NCBI GenBank assembly: GCA_965178125.1 | Contig: OZ237741.1 | Location: 1,364,001 to 1,428,000, forward strand | Origin: Bilabrum cf. latius | Lineage: Eukaryota | Length of the DNA stretch: 64,000 nucleotides | Direction of reading: 5' to 3' | Shown here: piece by piece, positions 13,110 to 25,157 of the stretch | How the letters are laid out: each line of letters opens with the position of its first letter | Numbering within the stretch: the stretch's first letter is position 1 | The notes under the pieces: generated by a model | Database searches by the model: none | Told to the model about the DNA's origin: nothing | Seen by the model: only the letters and a program-made list of their open reading frames with translations | Made by a program: the position numbers and the translations under genes

Positions 13110-14220
13110 CTTCACCCTCACCTCCACCCATGCACGATGGGTCCTCCACCGCGGCATGCACCGGGAGGTAGAACGGCCGATTCGCATCCCTCTCCCTCTC
13201 TGCCGCCTGATACAGCCCCCGCATGGACGCCGATGCAACACCCAGCACGAGGGTCCCCTCAACAGAGTCTACCCCAACCGTGGGGGCAGCCCCCACCCCT
13301 CCCTCCAGGGTCCCCAGCCCCCGGCCGTCTCCCATGTCCCCGGTCCCCCTGTGGCCCATGCACGCAGCTAGCATTCCCCTGGCGGCATGTCCCACAGCGG
13401 AAGAATCCTCGCCCCCGGCCCCCGGCACCCCTGCACTCCCCGCGGGCCCCTGGGCCTCCTCGCTCTCCCGCACTGCCTCCGAAACAGGGGCATCGTCGTC
13501 GTAGAAAGAGGACAGAGACAGCTGGTCCGCAGCCCAACCGAGCACCCCCAGGCCAGTACCAACCCATGTTGATGTGCTCGTGGTCGCAGATTCAATGGCA
13601 GAAGGGGGCTTGGACTTGGACCAGCCGCGGGAGCCACCGCATGTGAGAGCATCGAAGCCCGCGTCCTCGCGCAGGTGAGCGTCCTGCACCTGTCGCTTGG
13701 GCGATATACGGGCGCCTAGTGCGGTTCGTTTTGCCCATAGGTACAACAAGTCCTGTAGAGCCGCGTCATTGCGGCTAGATGCGAGATTCATAGCAGGAAT
13801 GAAGCTCTGGGCGGAGAGGGTTGTGGCAAGCAGCCGAATCGCCTGCACACGAGCTACATTGACCCCCAGAAGCTTGCATGCCGCAATAAGGGGAAGAATC
13901 GAAGCAGATCGCACACCAACGATCGGTGTTGGCATGTGCAGCTGGTGCAAAGCAATGGCAAAGGCTTCAACGTGAGCAGTTGTCGGGACAGTGATGTGCA
14001 CCGAGTCCTTGTCCTTCCATTCCGCTTCCAGCTTTGATCTGTATACATGTACACCTGCAAGGGTCTCTCGGGGGACTCGCACTTCGGCCGAGCCACCAAG
14101 TTCTTGCAGCTGAATGCCATCGGAACCGCCGCCGCTCTCGCTCCCTGAACCTAATGAAGCATGCGCAGCCTTTGGGTTCGCCTTAATGTAGAATGTAAAC
14201 ATTTCCTGTTCGAACTCCAT
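11209..14220 (-). CDS. BTB/BACK-like domain + C-terminal Tubby domain protein (~1003 aa)
   Basis: ORFs 13039..14220 and 11209..12969 are in the same frame, joined across TAG at 13039. Tubby C-terminus: 'PVWSPRTRSWTMDFRGRVTLSSKKNFQL...LLFGKRGKDVFSLDFRAPLSPAAAFGVALTTFATKWAC'. N-terminal helical region has a BTB/BACK-like pattern. Ends TGA. Confidence 0.75.
13067..13128. repeat. (CCCTCA)n hexanucleotide microsatellite encoding (GE)n in the BTB-Tubby gene
   Basis: About 10 near-perfect copies seen directly. Confidence 0.9.
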
Positions 14221-14388
14221 CAGCTAGGTATCAGTGCAGCGCTCATTCACGCTGTCGAGTGCGCACAACGGCTGGAGCCGGCGCTGGGTTGAATGAGGTG
14301 ATGAGTGGCCGCCGGGCCCCAAGCCTTGAAGGTCACCCGTGCTCGAATCCCTTGGTCCACACAATAAACCATCGCCGCAAAGCACACA

Positions 14389-16653
14389 TCAGCTCCCCTC
14401 AGGCTGCTCGCTCTCCATCTTCCACCGCGCCGCCTGCTCCTCGGCCCTTCTCCGCAGCTCCCTGTCCATGACTCGGTACTCCGCCAGCGCGGGGGACAGC
14501 CACGGGTGGGTCAGAGCCTCCAGGGCAGTGGGACGCCGCACGGGATCTGGATGGGTCAGCCACAGGTACAGGGAGCGCCAGCACCGGGCGGAGTCGCCAC
14601 CGCCGCCACTGCCACTGCCGCTGGTTCCAGGCGGTGGCGCGCAGAGGGGGTGCAGCCGAGGCATCCCGTCGGGGCCCAGGGCACTCCACTCGTCCTGGTC
14701 TAGAGCGCTCGATATCCCACCGGAGGGAACAAGAACGCCGCCGACCGATGATGAAGACGAGTCAGAGGGACCACCAACACTCGTCACACCAGATTCATCG
14801 CTGCATCTGCCCTCATTCCCACTGTCACCCTCGCCCTTGCTCGTGCTAGCCCCATCCCCCGCCCCCTCCAGCTCAGCCACCTGCCCCGCCCACCGCTCGC
14901 CCAGCCCCCGCGCCTCCTCCAGCATATAGCCCTCCTCCAGCCTCCCGTGCGGGGCGTCACTCGTCATCATGCAGTGCAGCGTGATGCCCGCCGCCCACAC
15001 GTCCCCCGCGCACAGGTCCCTGGGCTCATCCTGCTCGGGGGGCCAGAACAACGAGGTGCCCTGCCCGAGGGGGGGCTGCTCCCGCACCTGGCGGGCCCGC
15101 AGGTCGGGATACCAGTCGAGCAGGCCCGCAGACGAACCTTCACCGGGCCCCGACGAACCCTTCTCCGTGCCACATGTATCCCCGGTGTGTCCCCGCCCAA
15201 GCGCCTCGCTGACTCGCCGGCTCTCCTCCGGTGCCAGCACCAGTCGCTTGGCTAGTCCAAAGTCGCCGATGCAGACGAGGCCTCGCTTGTTCAGCAGCAG
15301 GTTATCAGGCTTGATGTCGTTGTGCGCAACCCCCGCCATGTGAAGCCTAGAGAGGCCCATGAGCACCTCCAGGATCGCCTTTCGGGCGCGGGGCTCGGCC
15401 ATGGGTCCCCTCTCGCCGCTCGCTGCGAGTCGCTGCGAGCACACGTACAGCTGTCTACTGGTTCGCTTTTGCGCACCGCTCGAACCTTCCATGCCATCTA
15501 CCGTTTTGACTCCTGTGGTATCAACTGCCTTTCCATCTCCGACCTCGCTCCCTGTCCCTGGCTATTCTAATTCCACCGAAGAAGCCCCGGCCCCGGCCCC
15601 AGCACCAGCACCAGCACCAGCACCAGCACCAGCACCAGCACCAGCACCAGCACCAGAGCCCTCACCAGCACCAAAGCCAGCAGAGCTACCAGCAGACTCA
15701 CCCGCACGCCCCGCCTCTCCTCCTGCCCCACCATCCCCCCATGCACCGGGCCCAGAGCCCTCACCACATATAGATCCACTAGGCAGGGCCAGTCCCGCCA
15801 GCACGCCCTGGGATAGAGGAGCAGTGTCGCCACTGGCACGGTGCTCCTCTTGTGCTCCCTCCTTGGTTTCCTCTGGATCCGGCCACTGCTCCGCGCCACC
15901 CTCCGCCTCCCCCTCCCACGACTGTGCCGATGCACCCATCTCCCGGGCATCCAGATCAACCAGTGTGCCGAGTCCGAGGCCATCTTCTGCCTCCCCACCG
16001 ATATGCTGCGCTACATCCGCACTCGCGTCCGCATGCGGAGTGTCACCGGGGTTGCCTGTCGCTGTTGGAAGGCACTGCTCTCCCGAGCTCGGCTCAAACT
16101 CAATCTCGTCTACAGCTTGCATGAGCTGTCCCCCATTCATGTATTCCTGGGCTACCACCAGCCATTCGTCGTCCAGCTGCCAGCTCTCGGACGTCTTCAC
16201 CGGTTCCAGAACGGGAGCTCCAACCATGACGTCCAAAGCGCAACGGTCACCCGCCGTGTCAGAATCAAGTACGTGATAGACCATGGGAGCATGTCGTATA
16301 AGCATGTCCCAGGTTGCTTCTACTTCGCTGTACGCCAGATCAAGAGCAGACTGTGACTTGCCCAACACTCGCAGGTCGCGCCGTAGCCTACCTTTTTCAA
16401 ATACTTTAAGAGCAACGGACCGGTTCGTCACACGAAGACTTCCATCTGCACAATCGACAACCCTGGCCAGGTACACAGTTCCGTATGCACCGGTCCCAAG
16501 CTGTTTTACGACTTCGAACTCATCCAAACCGAATATGGACACCTCAACACCGCCTTCAAACTCATACTCGCGCCCCTTGCGCTGCCAAACTGATTTAGTC
16601 AGGGCAGCACAATGGTTTGGGTACAGCCTTGCAATATGAGACTCGCTATTCAT
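14389..16653 (-). CDS. Ser/Thr protein kinase (CaMKK-like) with long low-complexity inserts
   Basis: Motifs 'LGTGAYGTVY', 'VALKVFEK', 'HNDIKPDNLLL', 'IGDFGLA', 'GTSLFWPPE', 'DVWAAGITL', 'RPTALEALTHPW'. The N- and C-lobe ORFs are in one frame, joined across TAG at 15562. Ends TGA. Confidence 0.85.
15584..15656. repeat. (GCACCA)n microsatellite encoding (GA)n in the kinase
   Basis: Tandem hexamer seen directly. Confidence 0.9.
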
Positions 16654-16772
16654 GCTGCTATGGCCTTTGCGATTTCTTGCGATCAACCGCTCCGGATCAA
16701 ACTGCTTCTCGACCTAAATATGAGCTGAAGGCATACTGGACGAGCAAATAACAGTCCCGATGTCGTGAAACT

Positions 16773-17465
16773 ATGTATCGGGCGAGTTGCAGCACGCGAG
16801 ACAGCATATCAAGACTCTTGCACGCTGTTGATGTGGCTGTCGAGCAGACCACCGGAGGACGGTTTGATTGGGAGTTCATTGCAACTGGCGGGCGATCGTC
16901 TGATCTGCCAAGCGTATTCATTTCTAGATTTGTTCGAGAGAACCCGCGTCTGGCTCCAATCCGTGTTTCTTTTGTAAGTAACTGGGCAGGCCCGTCTGCT
17001 GCCGCTGCCATTGCGGCAATGATTGAATCCACGGGGCAGCATCCCGGTGCGACAGGTCCAACCCAGTATTTTCTGGGTAACAACAGATTTGGGGGCGAAG
17101 GGATCCGAGCGATTTGCGCTGCGCTCTCTAATAGCAAGCTGGTGCACACTTGCTCGGGAATCCCGATCCCACCGAGCATTTAGGATTTGATGCGGGCAAA
17201 CCGACGGAGGCAAATGCGAATTCGATGCTTACGGCTGTTCAGAGCCGGAGCCGTTGTCCGTGCAATGGGTCGCCCAAGCGCTGCAGTGCTCGGCTCGCGG
17301 GTGGGCTCCGCTGCCGGGCAGTCTCAAGAAGCAGCGCCTGCCAGTACCAGTGCCAGCGCCAGCGGTCACGATCATGATGCTACTGACATAACAGCGGCAT
17401 CATTACTTCAAAGAGCTGTTCAATCCGGTAGTCGCCGAGCGAAGAAGCGCAGAAGAATCGGATGA
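16773..17465 (+). CDS. Small RNI-like leucine-rich-repeat-related protein
   Basis: 'YFLGNNRFGGEGIRAICAAL' is an RNI-type LRR unit. The frame continues across TAG at 17181 to TGA at 17463-17465, with a basic C-terminus (KKRRR). Confidence 0.5.
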
Positions 17466-17828
17466 GCAGTCAGAACACTCCCTGACAGGAGGCGTGAGAT
17501 GGTCCTGCCAGTGCCAGTGGGGTGGACAGCTGCTGCTGTGCCAGTGCCAGTGGCTGGCTGGTAGTCCTGGCCGATTGCTCGGGCAACTTGATCTAGCTAG
17601 AGAGCGCACTGCAGGACCAAGTACTACTCTGCATATTTCGCAGCATGATTCTACCATGGAGTGCGACTATCATTGCGACCGACCGTGCCGGCACAATCAG
17701 CTGCCCGCGTGACGGACTCCACCATACCGGAACAAGGCTCATCATGCCCTTCCGATCCTCGTCGCGGCCATGCTTGCTCACAATCCAAAGCCTAAATCAC
17801 AAAGCGAGCACAGTAGTCGAGATACACT

Positions 17829-18960
17829 ATGGCATCTTCATCTACCTCCGTCAAGACTCCGACCCCTCTGCCGATCGGCAGCGTGCTGGAGCCGATCGAG
17901 CTGGACACGGTGAGTGATACGTCGAGCAGCCACATGCTCCTGATCCTGAATCGGCACGATTATCTGCATCGAAACTTGCTGTGCTGTGCATACTTACTAC
18001 AGTCGTATGTAAAAGTCGATTCACAGTCACGCATGCTGCCAGTTCTTGGGCTTTGCCCTGTTTTCTGGTTACCGTGTTGCCACGTCTCCAAATCCGCACT
18101 TCGCCTCACTTTGCGCTTTCGCAGGTATCGGGCGACAAGCTGATCATCGGCGGGGAGTCCAAGTCATACTTCAGGGTTTACATCGTGTAGTGAGACTAGC
18201 ACACATTTTAGCTTGCCTCCCGAGGCTGCGAGAACTTGTGGATGCAGCCTTGTAGCCAACAGCGTCACACCAGATCGTTGCCGTGCCCTTGCGTATAATG
18301 CTGCCAGTGTCTCGGCGACGGTTCTTGATGAACCCCGCGACCTTTGGATAAATGTGTGAAACCATCAAATTATGCATCACCGAAAAACATCGCAAACTTG
18401 GCCCCGCCACCTCCCGCAGCCGTGGCATCCATTGCGTGAGATGACCTGATGTGCAGCACCCGCCCTACCCCCTGCCCCCCCCAACCCCGATGCAGCGATC
18501 GCCCGCGCTCCACTAGTACTCGCCATCGTTCATGACAGTATTTGACGCCCCATCCCTCGCCCATCTCTGCTCGCAGCCCATCTGCGCGGGCTACTCGCAC
18601 AAAGTGCAGGCGCTCAAGGGTGCCATGGAGGAGGCAGGCTTCGAGGTGGCGCTGCTGTCCACAGACTCGGGGGACAAGGCTAAGGCATTCGCGGAGGCCA
18701 ACAAGCTCACTGTGCCCGTGGGGTATGGCCTCACTGAGTCCCAGGCCAGGGGGCTTGGGCTGTACCTGTCCAAGGGCAGGGAAGGCACCAAGGAGCCGGC
18801 GCTCTTCGCCGAGCCAGGCATGTACGTGCTCAACAGCAAGGGGCAGCTGGCAGTGGTGGACGTGGCCAACAATCCTATCGTGCGGCCAGAGCTGGGGTCG
18901 CTCGTGGGGACGCTGCAGTTCCTGCAGAGCAACGACTATCCGCTGAGGGGTCAGGACTAA
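17829..18960 (+). CDS. Peroxiredoxin-like / AhpC-TSA redoxin with CxxC motif
   Basis: Exons 17829-17909, 18125-18189, 18420-18435 and 18577-18960 splice to give 'VYIVYRGIHCPICAGY...FAEPGMYVLN...PIVRPEL...DYPLRG'. Ends TAA at the family-typical C-terminus. Confidence 0.85.
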
Positions 18961-19451
18961 TGTCCGTGTTCGGGAGGTTGTGCTCAGACCAGTCAGTGAC
19001 ATGCCTTGTTGAATCAAATGATTTATTTGTAGGAGTGGCGAATTTGACTTGCACTGATTCATATTGTGTGGTGAAAGCATCCACCAGGGTCGGTGCGCGC
19101 CTCACAGCGGGTAATGCAATGCCATGGGCACACTCGCCGTCGACATCGCAAGCGAGAGGTCGGCGGCCCGAGCGAAAAATATTTCGACTAAACAGGTCCG
19201 AAGACCTGGATCACTAGTCGAAGTGATCTAAACGTTAAAACAAACTACAATCGAAGCCAAAAAGGCAACGAAAGGGTTATTTACCAATGGTTGGTAGTTT
19301 TGTATTCATTGCTGCGATGTATGAATGCTGTTTTACCAAATCACAGCTTGAAAAGCCTGCCACGTCAATTTTGAATTGCTTCTCAATCTCCTTTACCACG
19401 GCAACTGAGCAGTAACATAGCTGCCAATAACAACAATAATATAGAAATCAA

Positions 19452-20775
19452 TCACAATACTCCCTGATCTGAGCGATTTTGGGATTGCAAAAGCTGATGA
19501 AGACCAGCGACTTCCTCGCGTCTCAAAACTGAGACGTCTGGCCCTTCTGGTCGCTCCCAGCTCGTCTCTTTCGATACGGCGTGATAAAAGTAGGATCCAT
19601 GCCCTGATCCAGATGCAGAAGGTACCTCGACCCATAGCTGGGTTCCAGGTCTCGGTAGCAGAGCCTCTGTTGGCGTGGGCAATGCTACAGCAGCTGCCTT
19701 GCTCTGCATAATCAGCTTCTTCGCCGCTTGCGCCGCAGCTTGCTGCATCCTCGATGACCTCGCTTGTCTTGGGCCGGCATCTGAACCTCGTGCTTGGCTG
19801 CTGGCGCTGGGACTGGCTGCCGCTCCACCATGCAGCAGTGCAGCCCTTGAGGCATCTGCCAGGCCACCGGCCCCCATTGCTGGCGAGGCGACCGGCGGTG
19901 TTTGCGCTGGCGAAACACGAGATGCCAGCATGGATTTTTCCTGGGCCTGCCTCGCGGCACTTGCCTCTGCGATGGCCCCCAGCAAGCTCGTCTCCCGCGC
20001 GGCATCCACCGCAGCTGAGCCCCCATGCAGCTGCCGCGCCCGCCTCACCACTTCGGCTGCACCCTAAAGGGCTGCCGTGCGGTCCATGCCCATGCCCATG
20101 CCCATGCCTATGCCCATGCCCATGTCCGGCTCTACCTTCCTGCCAGTGGCCTTGCCGCCTTGCCCGCTCACTCTTCCCGTTCCCCTCCCCCTCACCCCCA
20201 CCTGCGCCTCCACCGCGGCCACCTCCCTCTCCCTCCTCCTGAGAGCCTCCTCCTCCCGCCGCAGCGCCTGCACGGCCCCCTGCAGCGCCTCTTGCTGCCT
20301 CTTCAGGGCCTCTGCCTGCCGATGGGCCTGATCCTGCGCCCGCAGTGCCTCTCGCGCCAGCACCGCAGCGTCATCCTCGGACACCTTGACTTCACCTGGA
20401 CCGCTGCCCCTGGGGCTTGCCCAGCCCTCCCCCTTCCTTTCCTCCTCCTCCTTGTCCTTATCCTGCTCGGCCTGCACCTTTGTGCTCGAGTTCCAAGGGA
20501 CCCGAGGGGAGGCGTGCTTGCCGCTGCCAGCGGGCTGGAAATGCCTGCCTCGTCGGGCTCGCACCGGCCTAGTGCGAGGCGAGGATCGAGCCCTCGCCGA
20601 GTTCGAGGGCGAGGACGCAAGCAGCACGTCGCTGGCCCTGGCAGGGCTCGGGAGGCCGATCCCCGCGGCCCGCAGCCGCCTCCGGACGGCCCTAGCCGCT
20701 GCTCCCCGGGGCACCTTGGCTTCTTCATCCGTGGGGACGGGAAGCGGACCTGTGTGTGCCTGTGCCTGAGCCTGA

Positions 20776-20811
<36 letters not shown>

Positions 20812-23800
20812 TCACCCTCCTCGATCCCATCTGCAGGCGGACCCCCCATGGATCCCATCTCGGGGAGAACCAGGGAGGACGAGGCAGTGGAGGAGGACGA
20901 GGACACGCCTGCTGCCCCCAAGGAGCTCGACGGCCCAGCAGCCCCTGTGGAGGCCTGTCGCCCCGCGGTCCGGCTGCCCAGCCTCAGTCGCTGGGCCACT
21001 GCCAGGTCCACTAGCCCACTGCTGGCGGGGCTTAGGGCACTGCTGCCACCGAGCCCAGGGTCGGCGCTGCTCTTGCCTTTGTTTTTTCTGTTGCCCCTGC
21101 TCTTGCTCCTGCTGCGCTTGAGCAGCGTTGTCCCCGCCAGTCCAGTGTCCACTCGAGAAACCACGTGGTCATAGCTGTCCGCGCCTCCTGCAGCGACACG
21201 ACGAGCGGGCGACTGCCCCTTGCCTTTGCTGCTGCCCCCACTCTCCCCCTGGTCTTTGGCCTTGGCCTCAGCCGCCCTCTAGGCCGCGTGCTCGATCACT
21301 GCCCTCAGCTGGCTCAGCAGCTCGGGGGAAGGCCTCGCCCTACCCTCCCGGGCCGCCCTCTCCACCTCCTCCAGCATGGACCGCGCTCGACGCACTGCCT
21401 GGGCCCTCCTGTCGGCCAGATCGCTCCCGGCCCCCGCTCTGTTTCCAGCCCTGCCAGTGGGACTCGCCGAGGAGAGGGCGGCTTTGCCCCTGCTCCTGCC
21501 CCTGCTGCCCCTGCCTCTGCCCCTGCCCCTCGCCGCCGGGCTGCGGCTCGCGGCAGGCCGCAGCATCTTGCTCCTGACCTCTCGTGCAGCTGCAAGACTG
21601 TCCCCTGTCCTCGGGCTGCGCCTCGCAAACATGCTGCCGACCCTCCCGCGACGTCCCCGCTGCCCCTGCCCACCCCCATCGTCCTCTTCATCCTGCACCA
21701 TGGGCGACACCTCCTCTTCCACCTGGCCCGCCCCGAGCACGTCCTGCTCCCGGTACCACGAGGGAACGCCACTCGTCACACCGAGCGCCTCCTCACCGGC
21801 ACCCAGCACGACACCGCTGCCGTCGCCACGTCCAGCCGCGCCCGCCCTAGCGTGCCCTTGGGCTCGCTGCTTGCTCGGGGGCGGCACCAGCCCGCCCGAG
21901 GGCACGATCCTCCTCGACCTGGCGGGCAGAGAGCCCTCCTGCACCAGCCTACCGACCCACCCGGGCACATCTCCCTCCCCTTTGCTCCCCCTGGCCCCCT
22001 TGCCCCCGTGCTCCTCCACGGCGGGCACGTCCGCCACCCTGAACACCAGCTCGAACACCCTGTCGCTGTCCTGGGGTCTGCTGCGAGGGGAGGCCTGCGC
22101 GCTGGCCATGGCCCGAGAGTGGGCCTAGTCTCTCTGCGCGGGGAGAGGGGGCGGGGCTGCACCCTCTAGCCCTGCACTTGTGCCTGCCCCTGCCCCAACG
22201 CCCGCTCCTTGCGCCGCACTCGCCAGACCTCCCTGAGCCCCCGGGAGGTCACTGTCGGCCAGCTGCTGCTCGGCCATGGCCAACTCGGCCCTCTGCTGCA
22301 GCCGCCTCGTGTTCGCCACCACCGCCGCCGGACCCGTGGGCACGCGGGATGGAGGGTGTGGCGCCCGCCCCTGGGACCCGGCCTACGGGGACCTGGCTTG
22401 CTCCGCTGCGGCAACTGTGTAAGACGGGTGGGACGAGGCTGAGGCCGAAGCGGGGGCGGCCATTGTAGGGAACAGAGGGTCCACGGCCAGCTGCACCGCC
22501 TCGCGCATCATCGCCTGGACGCTTGCCTCCGCAGCGGGGGTGGGCGCGTCAAGGCTTGGGTTCTACCCGAAGCCCAGCAGCCATGGCCGCAGCTCCTCAT
22601 CCAGGGCGAAGTCTACTCCCAGCAGCTGGAAGCACCTGCGCCCCGCGCACCCCTTTCGCAGCTGCGGGGCGGCTGCCCTGACTGCATCCGCCACCATGCG
22701 CCGCACCCTGGGAAGCACGAAGGACCGCACGGCGTGCCGAGGCAGCTGGCCCCCGCTTTGCACGTACTGCTCCAGCTCCATCAGCGTCATCTAGTTGCCC
22801 GTGGCTGCCCTGCCGTAGTCAGGGCAGTCCGTCTGGGCTTGCCGCGAGGTCACCTGGCTCCACCGAGCACGAGTCGAGGAAAGCGGGCCTGTCGCAGTGC
22901 CTGAGGAGTCCCCGGCTGTTGCTGTCGCTCCTGCAGTGGGTGCGCCCTGCCCTTCAGCTGCCCCGCGAGCAAGCTTCTCGCGTTTCCCGCCTGCTTGGTC
23001 CCCACCATGCTCCGATTCGCTCTTCTCCCTTTCTTCCTCCTTCTCCTTTGACTCCTCCTGCCCCGGCCTCGCTCCCTGTACGGCCGCTGCACCGAACACC
23101 GATGTGCTTGCAGATCCAGATCCAGATCCAGGTGCCTGACCACTGGAGGCTAGTCCCTCCGTCTCCGCGCACGCATCCAGCGAGTACCTCTGCGAGGCCA
23201 GCCGCACCACTGCATCCCTCCACACGTACGCATCCAGCGTGTCTGTCACCAGGACGAAGGTGTGCAGAGTGGCCTTGCGCCCCCGCACCAGCAGCGGCCT
23301 CTCCACGCACTTGCTCAACACCCACTCCCCAGATCGACGCTTGAGCGCCTACTCGATGGCGGGCAGCGAGCGGAACAGCATGACCCCCTCTCCATCGGCC
23401 CCCTTGGCTGGCTTGAGGAACCAGAGATTCGACTGGCAGTGCTTGAGGGGCATGCGCAGCGAGTGCCGGCCCCGGGCGAGCTCCCTGTAGCGAGACGCGA
23501 ACTCGCCCCAAGGGGTCTAAGTGGGCTGTGGTGTGGACTGCTGCTCACCCCCTGTCACAATGAATGCAGTGGGACACACGTCAAACACGTGGCAGTCCGG
23601 CCTCGAGCTGCGGTAGTACAGGTGTAGGCTGCGGAGGAGCGCAGCCTTGCTCGTGAGGTGCTCGGAGCCCGGCAAGTGGTTCACGCACTGAAAGGCCGGC
23701 CAAATGCGCCCCGTTTTTGACAGCAGATGTCTGCGAAGGGGGGTGATCGGTGCGCAGCTTGTGATAGCACTGCTGCGGCGGCTGAGCTGCAAGCACTCTG

Positions 23801-24154
23801 GGTGGCACTGTGAGCACGGGCTCACTGGAAGATATTCTCAATCCCTGCTCCAGCCTCGTAGTTTGCAGTGTCCATCCAAAGTAAATTCCAAGAACCAGAT
23901 CGAGCTGCTGCTTCAGATTCACTGTTTGAAGCCGGCTGCGATCAATAATCGGGGACAAAATCGCGGGACCGCGGCTTTCGGTACGCCACACGGCAACCAC
24001 GGGCGCTGTGAGCAAATAGGGCGCATTTACTTACCTACTACCACCATGGCCTACCGCTTTGCAATGCATCGAGGAACAGGGCTCCTGAATGGCTCGCCTA
24101 CCAGCTGGCAATGACCACATATGGCGGCAAAGCTTGCCTAGAAACCAACTCCAT
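19452..24154 (-). CDS. Tubulin-tyrosine-ligase-like (TTLL) protein with long low-complexity tail and C-terminal WW domain
   Basis: Motifs 'WNLLWMD', 'VNHLPGSEHLTSK', 'WFLKPAKGADGEG', 'KCVERPLLVRGRK', 'FQLLGVDFALDEELRPWLL'; WW domain 'WVEV...YFYHAVSKETSWERP'. Introns at 23936-24034 and 23731-23825. Eleven in-frame TAGs join the same-frame ORFs. Ends TGA. Confidence 0.75.
20755..20810. repeat. (TGTGCC)n microsatellite encoding (QA)n in the TTLL tail; a (CCCATG)n (MG)n tract lies at 20084-20124
   Basis: Tandem hexamers seen directly. Confidence 0.85.
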
Positions 24155-24321
24155 CCCTTCAAAGCACCGCAACGCGGCTATTTCTACCTTTTGACAAGCA
24201 AATGAAGAAATATTACGCTCTAACCCTCGGGTATGAAGAGCTCTGGTCAATAGTTTCGTCGGCCGCGCGACTCAATCAGTTATGTAACGTGTCATCATTC
24301 ACCGGCAACTAAAATACAGAC

Positions 24322-25157
24322 ATGGCGCTGGAATGGATGCAATCCGTTTCTCCAACTGCTACTTTGGACGATATGGCAGGGATAGGCAGCCATATGATGA
24401 TGCGCCGCATTGCAAAAGAGCTTGGCGCTGTCTAGAAGGATGGAAGCACGGGTGTTACAGCGCACGCCGCATCTGAGGGTGACCTCACCCACCTCATCTG
24501 CTCGATCGAAGGTACGTGTCGCTATTTGCCGCCCGTGATCGAGTTGATTGGCTGTGTCCCAATTCTTTCATGTTTGCTGGGTTCTTCTTCAACTCGAAAC
24601 GCGCAGGTCCCAAAGACACTGTCTGTAAGTTCTGCTGGCACTGAATGTCGGCATCCCTGCGAATGCATCAGTCCGTGCTTACTGTCCATCCACGAACTTT
24701 TATTCGCATTTATGTTGCAGATGAAGAGGGCTTGTTCTTCATTGATTGCAAGTTCCCCTCAGAGTACCCCATGAAGCCACCAATTATGAAATTCCTGTCG
24801 CACGTCTGGCACCCCAACATCTCCAGTGCTACCGGGGCGATCTGTGTCGACATCCTGAAAGACGAGTGGTCCCCGGCAATTACTCTAATGAAAACGCTGC
24901 AGAGTCTGCAGGCATTGCTGTGCGCTCCTGAGCCCAAGGACCCCCAAGACGCAGTTGTCGCAAAGCAGTACATGGAGGACCAGGAGGCCTTCGCCGCCAA
25001 GGCCAAGGAGTGGACCAAGAAGTACGCCGGGCCCCTGGACGAGAAGGTAGACTAGCTGGCCAGCATGGGCTTCGACAAGGACAAGTCTAGGGCGGCGCTC
25101 ATGCAGGCGGGCGGGGACGTGGAGCAGGCGGCGGGCGCACTGCTTGCGGCTGCGTGA
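24322..25157 (+). CDS. UBE2K: Ubiquitin-conjugating enzyme E2 with C-terminal UBA (UBE2K/Ubc1 type)
   Basis: 'RRIAKELGAV*KD', 'GPKDTVYEEG', 'YPMKPP', 'WHPNISSATGAICVDILKDEWSPA', 'PEPKDPQDAVVA'; UBA 'KVD*LASMGF'. Introns at 24512-24606 and 24625-24720 (18-nt exon). TAGs at 24433 and 25053. Ends TGA. The start may be a downstream ATG (24373 or later). Confidence 0.9.

Noticed and set aside
13067-13128. Interstitial telomere-like repeat (CCCTCA resembles CCCTAA)
   Set aside because: It lies in frame in a CDS as (GE)n, and a similar (GE)n tract with a different hexamer occurs at 43538.
14221-14391. Kinase and BTB-Tubby genes are in the same frame, separated by a single TGA (possible readthrough fusion or Sec)
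   Set aside because: A 168-nt GC-rich spacer without TAA/TGA is unremarkable when only two stops exist. The kinase ends naturally and I saw no SECIS-like evidence.
18961-19451. Suppressor tRNA(CUA) gene in the intergenic regions
   Set aside because: I found no cloverleaf or A/B-box pattern by eye here or in the other spacers I examined. It would have to be sought elsewhere in the genome.
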